A stretch of 64,000 nucleotides of DNA from Planctomycetota bacterium (lineage in GTDB: Bacteria > Planctomycetota > B15-G4 > SIAN01). Position 1 is the first letter of the stretch; each line of letters starts with the position of its first letter. The notes beneath the pieces were generated by a model. That model searched no databases and was not told where the DNA came from. It saw only the letters and a list, made by a program, of their open reading frames with translations. Below, in pieces: positions 19,945 through 29,380 of the stretch. Made by a program: the position numbers and the translations under genes. The stretch lies in NCBI GenBank assembly GCA_031409275.1, contig JANNXA010000055.1, positions 416,001-480,000 on the forward strand, in the 5' to 3' direction.

Positions 19945-22914
19945 ATGAAATCCAACGCACGCATCGTCCTCGTGATCGCTGCCGTCGGCGCTGCCCTCGG
20001 CGGCGCGGCTTGGTGGTGGACGCATCGCGAGCGTCCCGCGCTCGAGTTCAAGCCGAGTGATCTCGATCGCGACCGCGAGTTCGTCGCCGCGGCGCCGGCC
20101 CATGCCGCGAACGTCGATGCCGCCCGCGCCGCGGCACCGAAAGGTCCCATCGAGCCCGCCGGCCTCGAAGCGCCGGCGAGTTATCGACTCGCGCTTGGCA
20201 CGCTCACCGGTCGCCTGCTCGAACCCGACCTGACTCCGGTCGCCGACCTGCCCGTCTCCGCCGTCGAGTTCGAGCCGTCGCGTTTCCTGCTCGACACCGC
20301 GGTGCTGCTCGATGAGGCCTACGTTCCGCCGCCGCTCGAGTCGGCGCGCGCTCGCTCGGGTCCCGACGGTCGCTTCGAGTTGTCCGGTCTCGAGCCGCGC
20401 GCCGTGCACCTCCTCGGCATTGATCTCGGCGGCCCGCGCAGCAGCTTTCGCATCGTCGATCAGTCGCCGAAATCGGGCGAGGTGGTCGACCTCGGCGACA
20501 TCGTGCTCGAGCCGTTCGTCACCTTCACCGGGCGCGTCGTCGACAGCGAGCGCCAACCCGTGGCCGGCGCCCGCGTGCGGGCCACCAACCTGCCCGCGCT
20601 GATCTTCCAGTTCGGCATCGAGGACATCCGCCGCGGCTGCGGAGTCATGGTCGAAGTGCTCGATGCGCCGAAGGCCTTCGAGATCCCGCCGGTGGTCTGG
20701 GAGTTCGAACGGCTCGTGCCGATCCCGACGACGTTCAGCGGCGAGGATGGCACCTTCCGCTTGCCCGGCGTTCCGCTCGGCATGGCGACCGTGGTGGCCG
20801 ACCACCCCGGCAAGAAAGCGGTCACGAAGACGCAGCCCACTGGCAAGGGACGCGAACGGGCGATCGGCGACCTCTATCTCGGCGACGGCTTCGTCGTGCG
20901 CGGATTGGTGATCGACGGCGCCGAGAATCCGGTGCCCGGAATCGAGGTGCTCGTCGGCATCCGCAACGCGGCGGTGCCGGTGCCGGTCGCGCTGCTGCAA
21001 CCCGCCGGTCGCACCGGCGCGGATGGGCAGTTCGAGCTCTCCGGGCTTCCGCAAGGAAGCGACGCCTACGTCGCGACGCGCGCGTCACGCGGCCAGCCGT
21101 TGCAGGTGCACGGCCCCTTCAAGGCGCTCGACGAGACGCTGATCGTGCGGCTGCGGCCGCCGAGCGGCCTGATCGCGCACCTCATCGACGAAGCGGGCGC
21201 GCCGCTCGCCGAAGCGGAGCTCTTCATCGCTCCCGACCCGATCGAGGGCGGCGCCCCGCTGCCGCCGATCCTCGCGCCTCCGATGCAGAAGCTCACCGAG
21301 GTGACGCCACTAGGCGATGGCAACTTCCGCATCGCGGGACTCGACTTCGGCAAGTACCAGCTGATCGGACGCGCGAAGGAGTACGCCCTCGCGCAGACGA
21401 AGGTCGAAGTCGCCAACCCGCCGCTCACCTTCGACGTCGTCTTCAAGATGGCGCACTCGCTCGAGCTCGACGTGACGTCATTGCAGGAGGGCAAGCCGCT
21501 CGAGTGGGCGTTCGCGAGCCTCTGCCCCGAGGGCGTGTTCGAGCGGCCGGTGGCGCGCGGACGCACCAATCGCGACGGCAAGGTGGTGCTCGAACGCATC
21601 CCGGCCGGCAAGTACACGCTGACGGTGCAGCATCCGCTGAAGGCGACGCTCGAGCAGAAGGTCGAAGTTCCGTGCGAGCCGCTCACCGTCGCGCTTCCAG
21701 TCGGCGGCAACTTGAAGGGACGCGTGCACACCGCGGGAGCCGATCCCGGCAAGTCGCTCTTCGTGATCGTCACGCAGAAGGAAGTGCGGCGACCCGATGC
21801 CGTGCTGCCGACCTTCTCCGCGACCGCCGACACCGGCCACTTCGCCGTGGTGAACCTCGCCGTGGGGAACTATCGCTACGAGATCCGCGATCGCATCGTC
21901 GGCAAGGGGGCGCTCGCGCTGTTCGAGACCTTCCGCGACGATCCGCTGGCGCGCGGCGAGTTCGAGATCCGCGAAGCGGAGACGACGACGGTCGACATCG
22001 ACCTGCGTGGCGCGTTCGATGGCCCGGCCGGCGAGCTCTACGGCAACGTGACCATCAACGGCGTCCCGACCGCCGAACTCAGCGTGCGCGTCGAAGGCAA
22101 GCGCAACATCACGGCGAAGACCGACGAGCGGGGCAACTACCGGTTCGAATCGCTGCCGTCGGGCAGTTCACAACTTTCGGTGCAGGGGCTGAAGGGCGAC
22201 GCCGATCTGTTCGCGCTCGCCTCGGTGCTTCATCGCGAGGAGGTCGACATCGCTGCCGGCGGCGCGACGCAACGCAACTTCGCGCTCTCCATCGCCGCGG
22301 TGCGTGGGCGAGTCACCGGGCCAGGGATCCTCCCGTCGGGACTCGGGACGACCGTCATCCTGCGCGGCGGCGATGGCGCGATGGGCCAGTTCGCGTCGGT
22401 GAATCCGCTGACCGGCAGCTTCGAGATGCCCTTCGTGCCGGCCGGCAAGTACACCCTGCTCGTACGCAAGCGCGGCGCGGCCCCCTACTCGACCTCGATC
22501 GAAGTCGATCCGCGGCGGGGCGACGTCAGCGTCGATGTCGAGCTGATTGGTTCCGTCGCCGCAAGCGGGACGTTCCTTCTGCCGCCCGGCGACGCGGCGC
22601 CGGTCGAGACCGAAGGGCGACGCTCGTTCGCCTTCCTCGCGCTCATCGACTCCGAGGGCGCATCGGCTGGCCGCGGCACCGTCGATTGGGCCGCGGGCAC
22701 TTTCCGCTTCGAGGATTGCGCCCCCGGCGACTTCTCGGTGCAGCTATGGCGCGGCGAGAAAGTCGTGGTGGCTCGCGCCTTCTCGATTCCGGCGGGCGGC
22801 GTGAGCGAGGCAGAACTGCAGTTCGAGCAACCCAAGGAAGACGAGAAGATCACCTCCCCCTTCGGCAACGGCGGGGGCGGCCCCTTCGGGCGTCCGCGGC
22901 GCCGCGACGGCTAG
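19945..22914 (+). CDS. Membrane-anchored protein with repeated carboxypeptidase-regulatory-like (beta-sandwich) domains
   Basis: N-terminal TM; repeated GRVVD...PVAGA.V and T..DG.F.L.GL..G.Y motifs; AAGGAG RBS. Confidence 0.85.
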   Translation: MKSNARIVLVIAAVGAALGGAAWWWTHRERPALEFKPSDLDRDREFVAAAPAHAANVDAARAAAPKGPIEPAGLEAPASYRLALGTLTGRLLEPDLTPVADLPVSAVEFEPSRFLLDTAVLLDEAYVPPPLESARARSGPDGRFELSGLEPRAVHLLGIDLGGPRSSFRIVDQSPKSGEVVDLGDIVLEPFVTFTGRVVDSERQPVAGARVRATNLPALIFQFGIEDIRRGCGVMVEVLDAPKAFEIPPVVWEFERLVPIPTTFSGEDGTFRLPGVPLGMATVVADHPGKKAVTKTQPTGKGRERAIGDLYLGDGFVVRGLVIDGAENPVPGIEVLVGIRNAAVPVPVALLQPAGRTGADGQFELSGLPQGSDAYVATRASRGQPLQVHGPFKALDETLIVRLRPPSGLIAHLIDEAGAPLAEAELFIAPDPIEGGAPLPPILAPPMQKLTEVTPLGDGNFRIAGLDFGKYQLIGRAKEYALAQTKVEVANPPLTFDVVFKMAHSLELDVTSLQEGKPLEWAFASLCPEGVFERPVARGRTNRDGKVVLERIPAGKYTLTVQHPLKATLEQKVEVPCEPLTVALPVGGNLKGRVHTAGADPGKSLFVIVTQKEVRRPDAVLPTFSATADTGHFAVVNLAVGNYRYEIRDRIVGKGALALFETFRDDPLARGEFEIREAETTTVDIDLRGAFDGPAGELYGNVTINGVPTAELSVRVEGKRNITAKTDERGNYRFESLPSGSSQLSVQGLKGDADLFALASVLHREEVDIAAGGATQRNFALSIAAVRGRVTGPGILPSGLGTTVILRGGDGAMGQFASVNPLTGSFEMPFVPAGKYTLLVRKRGAAPYSTSIEVDPRRGDVSVDVELIGSVAASGTFLLPPGDAAPVETEGRRSFAFLALIDSEGASAGRGTVDWAAGTFRFEDCAPGDFSVQLWRGEKVVVARAFSIPAGGVSEAELQFEQPKEDEKITSPFGNGGGGPFGRPRRRDG

Positions 22915-23046
22915 GCCGCCCGTGCGGCCCGGCCCTTGCATTGAGCGGGGCTGGTGGTTTGCTCTCGCGGCGCGTTCCCACACTCGCCTCCCGGCGGCGT
23001 ATGGATGGGCGCTTCGCCGGCGCTCGTCGGCCGTGGAGATCCGCTC

Positions 23047-24714
23047 ATGCGTTCGTCTTCCTTGCGCGCCCCAATGGTGGCCGCCGCCGCGCTGCTTGCG
23101 TGCGCCGCGGCGCAAACTGGGGCAGCGAAGAGCGCGTTCGCTGCCAACGCTCTGAGCTGGTCGCTCGTGGCGCAGGCGGACGAGCCCTTCCGGCTCGGTC
23201 GCGCCTCGATCCAGCAGGTTTCGGTGGTCCAAGGCAGCCTCGCGGTCCAGACCGTCGCGCTCAAGGCGGGCAGCAAGGCGGGCAAGCTCCTGCGTGTCGA
23301 CGCGACCGGCGACGGCTTGCGCGTCGCGCTGCTGAAAGAGCAGCAACGCTTCCCGATCGAACTGGCGAGCGCGCTCGACATCGAGCTCCCGACCGACCTC
23401 TCGCTTCGCATCGAAGTCACCCTCGACGCCAAGCTCCTCGCCGTCGGCGCCCATCAAGGCAAGCTGCTCCTCACGATCGACGGCGCGAAGCTCGAACTGC
23501 CCATCGAGTGGGACGTCATCGAGCCGCCGAAGGCGAACGAGGACGACCTGCCGATCCCCAAGCCGCAGAGCGACTGGGTGAAGTACACGACCGACGGCCC
23601 GCAGCCGCGCGTCACTTGCGACCGCTACCGACACGACTTCGGCAAGCGCCTCTCCGGCGAACGGCTCGAGACGCAGTTCACGATCAAGAACGAGGGCGAG
23701 GGCGACCTCGTCATCATCAAGGTCGGCGCACAGTGCCACTGCACCCTCTCCGAGCTGCGATTGCCGGGGCGCGTCGTCTCGCCGAAGGAACTCCAGTTGA
23801 AGGAGGCCTACGGCACGCTCAAACCCGGCGAGCAGGCGACGCTCGACTGCACGGTCGACACGGCAGGGCTCGCCGGTTCCGTTCGCAAGAAGATCCAGGT
23901 GTACACCAGCGATCGCGCCCGCAGCCCGCTCTCGCTCGACATGGTCATGGTGGTCGACAATCCGTTCCAGCTCTCGCCGGCGAGCATCAGTTTCGGCGAT
24001 GTCCGCTACGGCGAACCGGTCGAGCGGGTGGTGCGCATGGCCTCGATCGACCAGGGCGAGTTCGCCATCGTCGGCCACGAGCTGCCGCAGCCGCCGGTGA
24101 TGGAGGTCGAGTACAAGCAGGTGAAGCCGCGCCGCAACGAGGTGTGCGTCTGGGAGATCACGCTGCGCTCGAAGGACGGGCTGCCGTGCAAGGAGCACTT
24201 CGGCAAGCTGAAGCTCACGCTCGACCACCCGACCATCAAGTCGCTCGACCAGTTGCACTACTCGATGCGCGTCGTGCCCGATGTGGCCTGGACCGTCGAC
24301 TCGCGCCGTTCCCCCGAAACCATCACGCTGGGCGTGGTGAAGGCGGGCACCAACGACGTGCGCTCGATCATGCTCGAGAACAAGAACCCGAAGGTCCCCT
24401 ACAAGGCGACCGGCGTCACCATCACTTCGCGACTCGGCACCGAGGCGTTCGCCGCCGAGCTCATCACGATCGAAGAGGGGCAGAAGTACGAGGTGAAGCT
24501 CAAGGTCATCGCGGCGCCCAAGAGCAAGGCCTTCTCCGGCGAGCTCGCCATCGCGGCCGAGAGCCCGACGCTGCCGCTGCTCAAGATCAAGTTCAGCGGC
24601 ATCTGGTCGGGCAACATCGCGGGCGGCACGACGCCCGTGCCCGCCGCACCCGCACCCGCGCCGGCGACGCCCGCGGTCCCGGCCGGTGACGGCGGCGGCG
24701 GCCCCGATCGCTGA
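23047..24714 (+). CDS. Exported DUF1573 (Ig-like) domain protein
   Basis: HDFG...FTIKNEGEGDLVI..V...CHCT, LKPGEQATL. Signal peptide; Pro/Ala-rich tail. Confidence 0.82.
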   Translation: MRSSSLRAPMVAAAALLACAAAQTGAAKSAFAANALSWSLVAQADEPFRLGRASIQQVSVVQGSLAVQTVALKAGSKAGKLLRVDATGDGLRVALLKEQQRFPIELASALDIELPTDLSLRIEVTLDAKLLAVGAHQGKLLLTIDGAKLELPIEWDVIEPPKANEDDLPIPKPQSDWVKYTTDGPQPRVTCDRYRHDFGKRLSGERLETQFTIKNEGEGDLVIIKVGAQCHCTLSELRLPGRVVSPKELQLKEAYGTLKPGEQATLDCTVDTAGLAGSVRKKIQVYTSDRARSPLSLDMVMVVDNPFQLSPASISFGDVRYGEPVERVVRMASIDQGEFAIVGHELPQPPVMEVEYKQVKPRRNEVCVWEITLRSKDGLPCKEHFGKLKLTLDHPTIKSLDQLHYSMRVVPDVAWTVDSRRSPETITLGVVKAGTNDVRSIMLENKNPKVPYKATGVTITSRLGTEAFAAELITIEEGQKYEVKLKVIAAPKSKAFSGELAIAAESPTLPLLKIKFSGIWSGNIAGGTTPVPAAPAPAPATPAVPAGDGGGGPDR

Positions 24715-24735
24715 CGCCGGGAGCGGCGACCTCCG

Positions 24736-27654
24736 CTACTTGTCGTCCTCGTCCTCGCCGCCCGCCTCGAGGTAGCCGAGCTGCTGCAGCGCCTCGAGAT
24801 CGGCGGCACCGAGTCGCTCGCGCACCGCGTTGTCCCAGTGCTTGAAGCCGCGCTCCTCGTAGTCGCGATAGATCCGCTCGAGCTCCGACTGGATGGCGCG
24901 GCACGTCTCGGCGCGTGACTCCGACAAGTCGTTCAGCTCCAGCGGATCGTCGGCGAGGTTGAACAGCCAGGTCCGCTGCCGTCGGCACTTCGGACCGTAG
25001 TTGATCCACTTGAGGTTGCCGCTGATCAGGCACTTGCGGTCGGGGTACTCCTCGGCGATCACCGGCAGCTCCGGCACCTCCCCACCGCGCAGCACCATCC
25101 CGAGGTCGACCCCCATGAACTCCGACTCGGGGGCCTCGATCCCGCAACGCATCAGCAACGTCTGCGGCACGTCCATCACGCGAACGCGCTCCGCGACGCG
25201 AACGCCGCCCGGCGGATCGCCCGCGCGCCGGTCCGGCTTGAGCAGCAGCGGCACCTGCAGCAGCTCGTTCCAGAGCACCGTCCCGTGCCCGAAGCCGCCG
25301 TGGTCGGCGAACTCCTCGCCGTGGTCGGAAACGACCAGCACGATGGTGTCGTCCCACAACCCCTTCTCGCGCAGCCACTCGCACAGCTTCCCGAACTCGC
25401 GATCGTTGTAGAGGATCTCCTCGTCGTAGAGGTCGATCACCTGCTGGAGGTCGGCCGGCGGCAGCGGAGCGCGATCGGTCAGCTCGCGCGCGTTGGTGCG
25501 CCGCGGCGTCATCTCCCCTTCGTAGTTGCCGCTCCAGGTGCCCACGGTCGACTCGGGCGGGTCGTAGGGCGCGTGCGGGTCGATCGTGTGCAGGTAGAGG
25601 AAGAACGGCCGGTCGCGATTCGCGTCGAGCCACGCGAGCGCCGAATCGTGCACCTGGTTCGCGCGCGAATCGCCGCGTTTGCGCGCCTTCTCGATCGCTT
25701 CGAACTGGCTGAAGCCCTGCTCGAAGTTGAGGCTGGCGCCGTGCACGTGGGCGTTGGCGAGGAAGCCGGCGGTCGCGTAGCCCGCGCGCCGCAGCCGCTC
25801 GGCCAGCGTGTCGATCTGCGGCGCGAGCCCGGTGCTCTTGCTCGCGCCGTGGAAGCTGTGGAGGTAGCTCGAGAAGAGCGTCGCCACCGAAGGGCGCGTC
25901 CACGGCGCCTGCGAGTAGGCGCGCTCGAAGGTGATCCCTTCCGCGGCGAGACGCGCGAGGTTCGGGGTGGTATCGCGCGCATAGCCGTACGGAGTGCAGT
26001 GGTCGGCGCGCAGCGTGTCGATCAGATAGACCAGCACGTTGGGCTGGCGGCGCTTCGACGCACGGATCAGCAGCGGGTCCGCGAACGCGAAGAGCGCCTC
26101 GAACGCGGCGAGCGGGGTCCCGCCATCGCACGACGACTCGAAGCGAAGGACGCCGCGGCCGGCCGCGCTGGCCGGAATCTCCGTGACGGTGCGCTCCCAC
26201 TCGACCCGCCGCTTGCGGTTGCATTCGAGCGCGGCCAGCTCGGTCGTCTTGCCATCTTCGCGCACGAAGCGGACCCGCCCCCACACCGGCGGATGAAGCA
26301 GTCGCTCTTCCACCAGCGGCATCGCCGCCAGCGACACCTCGAAGCGGTCGCCCGCCTGCAGCTCGATCGGGAGTTCCATCAGCGTCGGCGCCGGCGCCAG
26401 CAACGCGAGGCGCGTGTCATCCTTCGACATCACGTGACGCACGAGCGGATGGCCGCCAGCCGACTCGAGCCCGCGCACGAACGGCGTTGGATCGCGCAGC
26501 GACTCCATCGGATCGCGCAGCCGCGCGAAGATCGCGCGCGGCTGGACCAGGAAAAAGGTGCCGCGCAACGGCCCCTTCGAGCGCAGCGTGACGCGCGCGC
26601 GGCCGAGGCGCGACGCCTCGAAGCGCACCTCGGCACCGCGCCCGCGCGCACGGCCGATCGGCTGCTGGTCGATGCTGACCTCGTACTCCTGGGCGAAGTC
26701 GCTGACCACGGCCGCGGCACCCGGCAGCAGGACGACGTCGCACTCGTGCTCCTTCACGTCGGTGCGATCGAGGCTGTAGTCGTAGAGCGTCTGCACCGGC
26801 GGCGGCGCCGCGATGGCGTAGTCGGCGACGAGGCCCGTCACTGCGCCAGGCGCGCGCACCAGGAGGCGATCACAGCCGTCGCTCGCCACCAGCGCGAAGG
26901 CGCGCAGCATCGCCATGCCACCCTTCTGCGGAGTGACGTCGCTCACGCGCACTCGCACCTCGACCGTGCCGCTGGCCACCGGCAGATCGAAAAAGCGCTC
27001 GTTCAGCTTGGATGCGCCTTCGAAGTCGCCAAGCGGCTTGCCGTCGATCGAGACCGCGTAGCGCGGCGCTTTTCCGACGGCGGTGAAGTCATCCTGCGTG
27101 CCGAGCACTTTGGTCGACAAGCCGAGCTTGCACGGAAAGTCGGGCAAAGGCACCTTGAACGAGATCTCCTCGTCCGCGGAGAAGACGATGTAGCGGTTGC
27201 CGTGCACGTCGCCGGCGCGCTCGAAGCTCTTGAAGTCGGGATGGTCCTTGAACAGCACCTCGACTCGCGACGGCAGCACCTCCGCCTTCACTTCCGGCGG
27301 CAGCGGCGCGCCGTCGAGCGTCATCGTCGGCGCCACCGCCTGCCCATCCGGACCGCGGGTGAGCGGGACATCGATGCGCCAGAGGCGCGTCTTGCCTTCG
27401 TCATGGACGCGTTCGGGCGGTACCTGATCGAGGATGAGCTGCGTGCGACCGAGCGGTTCGGCCTGGAGGAGGATCGAGGAGAGCTTGGCGTCGCCGATCC
27501 GATCGAGCAGGTGGAGGATCTCGTTCTGCGCGGCGGCGGGAGCCTGCTGGCGCGCCGGCGCACTTGCCGCGAAACCGAGCCAGGCGGAGACGGCGGCGCC
27601 CCGGAGAAGGAACCCGCCGGCCACGCGGGGACGTCGTAGGATGCCATTGCGCAC
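24736..27654 (-). CDS. Large exported sulfatase-fold hydrolase/transferase (Thr-type) with a long N-terminal beta-rich region
   Basis: NVLVYLIDTLRAD, APWTRPS, HTIDPHAPY, SDHGEE, LFNLADDPLE, C-terminal LQQLGY. Confidence 0.9.
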   Translation of the reverse strand: MRNGILRRPRVAGGFLLRGAAVSAWLGFAASAPARQQAPAAAQNEILHLLDRIGDAKLSSILLQAEPLGRTQLILDQVPPERVHDEGKTRLWRIDVPLTRGPDGQAVAPTMTLDGAPLPPEVKAEVLPSRVEVLFKDHPDFKSFERAGDVHGNRYIVFSADEEISFKVPLPDFPCKLGLSTKVLGTQDDFTAVGKAPRYAVSIDGKPLGDFEGASKLNERFFDLPVASGTVEVRVRVSDVTPQKGGMAMLRAFALVASDGCDRLLVRAPGAVTGLVADYAIAAPPPVQTLYDYSLDRTDVKEHECDVVLLPGAAAVVSDFAQEYEVSIDQQPIGRARGRGAEVRFEASRLGRARVTLRSKGPLRGTFFLVQPRAIFARLRDPMESLRDPTPFVRGLESAGGHPLVRHVMSKDDTRLALLAPAPTLMELPIELQAGDRFEVSLAAMPLVEERLLHPPVWGRVRFVREDGKTTELAALECNRKRRVEWERTVTEIPASAAGRGVLRFESSCDGGTPLAAFEALFAFADPLLIRASKRRQPNVLVYLIDTLRADHCTPYGYARDTTPNLARLAAEGITFERAYSQAPWTRPSVATLFSSYLHSFHGASKSTGLAPQIDTLAERLRRAGYATAGFLANAHVHGASLNFEQGFSQFEAIEKARKRGDSRANQVHDSALAWLDANRDRPFFLYLHTIDPHAPYDPPESTVGTWSGNYEGEMTPRRTNARELTDRAPLPPADLQQVIDLYDEEILYNDREFGKLCEWLREKGLWDDTIVLVVSDHGEEFADHGGFGHGTVLWNELLQVPLLLKPDRRAGDPPGGVRVAERVRVMDVPQTLLMRCGIEAPESEFMGVDLGMVLRGGEVPELPVIAEEYPDRKCLISGNLKWINYGPKCRRQRTWLFNLADDPLELNDLSESRAETCRAIQSELERIYRDYEERGFKHWDNAVRERLGAADLEALQQLGYLEAGGEDEDDK

Positions 27655-27759
27655 GAGAAAAGGCCTCCGAGTCGGTCGAGTCGCAGCGCCGTGGGCGCCA
27701 CCGAGCCATCAGGATCGGACGGCAAGATAGCCGAACCGGAGGAACGAACCCGAGGTCCC

Positions 27760-29331
27760 ATGCCGCCGCGTGCCCTGCTCCTCCATGCCCTCCTCTCGTT
27801 CGTCATGGGTGGCTGCGCCGCCGCGGCTGACGCTCCGCGCGCGAGCAACGTCGTCGTCGTGGTCATCGACACGCTGCGCGCCGATCGGCTGGGCTGCTAC
27901 GGCTATGCGCGCCCCACCTCCCCGACGCTCGACGCTCTCGCCGCACGCGGACTCTGCTTCGAGCACGCCTACGCGACCGCCCCCTGGACGCTGCCGTCGA
28001 CCGCATCCCTGCTGACCGGCCTGCAGCCCGAGATGCACCGCGCGGTCCACTTCTTCGCCTCGATCTCGCCGGAAGCGCGCCTCCTCGCCGAAGCGCTGGC
28101 CGGCGAGGGCTACGAGAGCGCCGCGTTCGTCGGCAACTACTTCGTGCAGCCGACGTTCGGCTTCGAGCGCGGGTTCACGCGCTACGACGAAGGGTGCATG
28201 GTCGATCGCGGCGGCATCAACTCCGACAAGATCAGCGACGCCGCCATCGCGTGGCTCGAGCAGCCGCGCGAGAAGCCGTTCCTGCTCTATCTGCACTACT
28301 TCGACCCGCACTACAACTACTGGGAGCATGAGGGCTTCGAGTTCGGCGGCGAGGACACCGCGCGCGTCTTCTCGGGGGCCGACATCTACGCGCTGCGCGA
28401 GCAAGAGCCGCGCTTCGACGCCGCCGATCGCGCGCGCCTCGACGCGCTGTACGACAGCGAAGTCGCCTTCACCGACCATCACGTCGGACGCGTCTTCGCG
28501 AAGCTCGCCGCACTGGGTCACGCCGACGACACCTTCATCGTCGTCACCGCCGACCACGGCGAAGCGCTCGGCGACCATGGCTGGATCGGCCACACGATCC
28601 AGCTCTACGAGGAGAGCATCCGCATCCCCCTGATCGTCGCCGGCCCCGGCCTCGCGCCGGCGCGTCTGAGCGCGCAGCCGGTGCAGGTCGATGACGTGCT
28701 CGTCCCGCTGCTGCGCCTGGCGGCGGGCGAGCCGGCCGGCGAATGGAGCAGCGCGGCCGCGCGCGTCGCGGGCGGCCTGCGTCCCGACGAAGCGCTTTGC
28801 TGCGTCGAGACGGTCGGCATCGACGAGCCCGAGGAGATTGCGGCGCCCAAGAGCGTGACGCGCCATCCATGGAAGCTCTTCATCGACGTCGGCGCGGACG
28901 GCAGCGAGAGCTATCGCCTGTTCAAGCTCGATGAGCCGAAGGGCAAGCGCAAGAAGCGACTCGAGGACCACCCGACGCAGATGCGGGAACTGCTCGACGC
29001 GCGCGCCACCGACCTCGCGGCGCTGAAGAAGGAACGCGAGCGGACGCGCGAGACGCTCACCCACCGGCGCGCGCTGATCCAGGGCCGCCAAAAGGTGATC
29101 GTCGACCTCGTCACTGGAGTCGTCGAGCTCTACGACCTCGCCGCCGACCCGCTCGAGAAGCACGATCTTGCGGCAACAGAACCCGATCGCGCCCAAGCGA
29201 TGAAGGCGCGGCTGCACGAAGTGGTCGCCGCGCTCGCGGCCGCGGCGCTGCAGGAAGGGGCCCCGCTCGACGACGCCCAGGCCGCCGAGCATCGCCGCCG
29301 CATCCAGGCCTCAGGCTACTCCCACCAATGA
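27760..29331 (+). CDS. Sulfatase-fold hydrolase/transferase (Thr-type), probable lipoprotein
   Basis: [37 protein letters not shown]; signal ending MGGC. Confidence 0.9.
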   Translation: MPPRALLLHALLSFVMGGCAAAADAPRASNVVVVVIDTLRADRLGCYGYARPTSPTLDALAARGLCFEHAYATAPWTLPSTASLLTGLQPEMHRAVHFFASISPEARLLAEALAGEGYESAAFVGNYFVQPTFGFERGFTRYDEGCMVDRGGINSDKISDAAIAWLEQPREKPFLLYLHYFDPHYNYWEHEGFEFGGEDTARVFSGADIYALREQEPRFDAADRARLDALYDSEVAFTDHHVGRVFAKLAALGHADDTFIVVTADHGEALGDHGWIGHTIQLYEESIRIPLIVAGPGLAPARLSAQPVQVDDVLVPLLRLAAGEPAGEWSSAAARVAGGLRPDEALCCVETVGIDEPEEIAAPKSVTRHPWKLFIDVGADGSESYRLFKLDEPKGKRKKRLEDHPTQMRELLDARATDLAALKKERERTRETLTHRRALIQGRQKVIVDLVTGVVELYDLAADPLEKHDLAATEPDRAQAMKARLHEVVAALAAAALQEGAPLDDAQAAEHRRRIQASGYSHQ

Positions 29332-29380
29332 ACCCTCGCGCGCCGACGTGGCTGGCGCGCCGCCTCCGGAGCTTCTGCCG

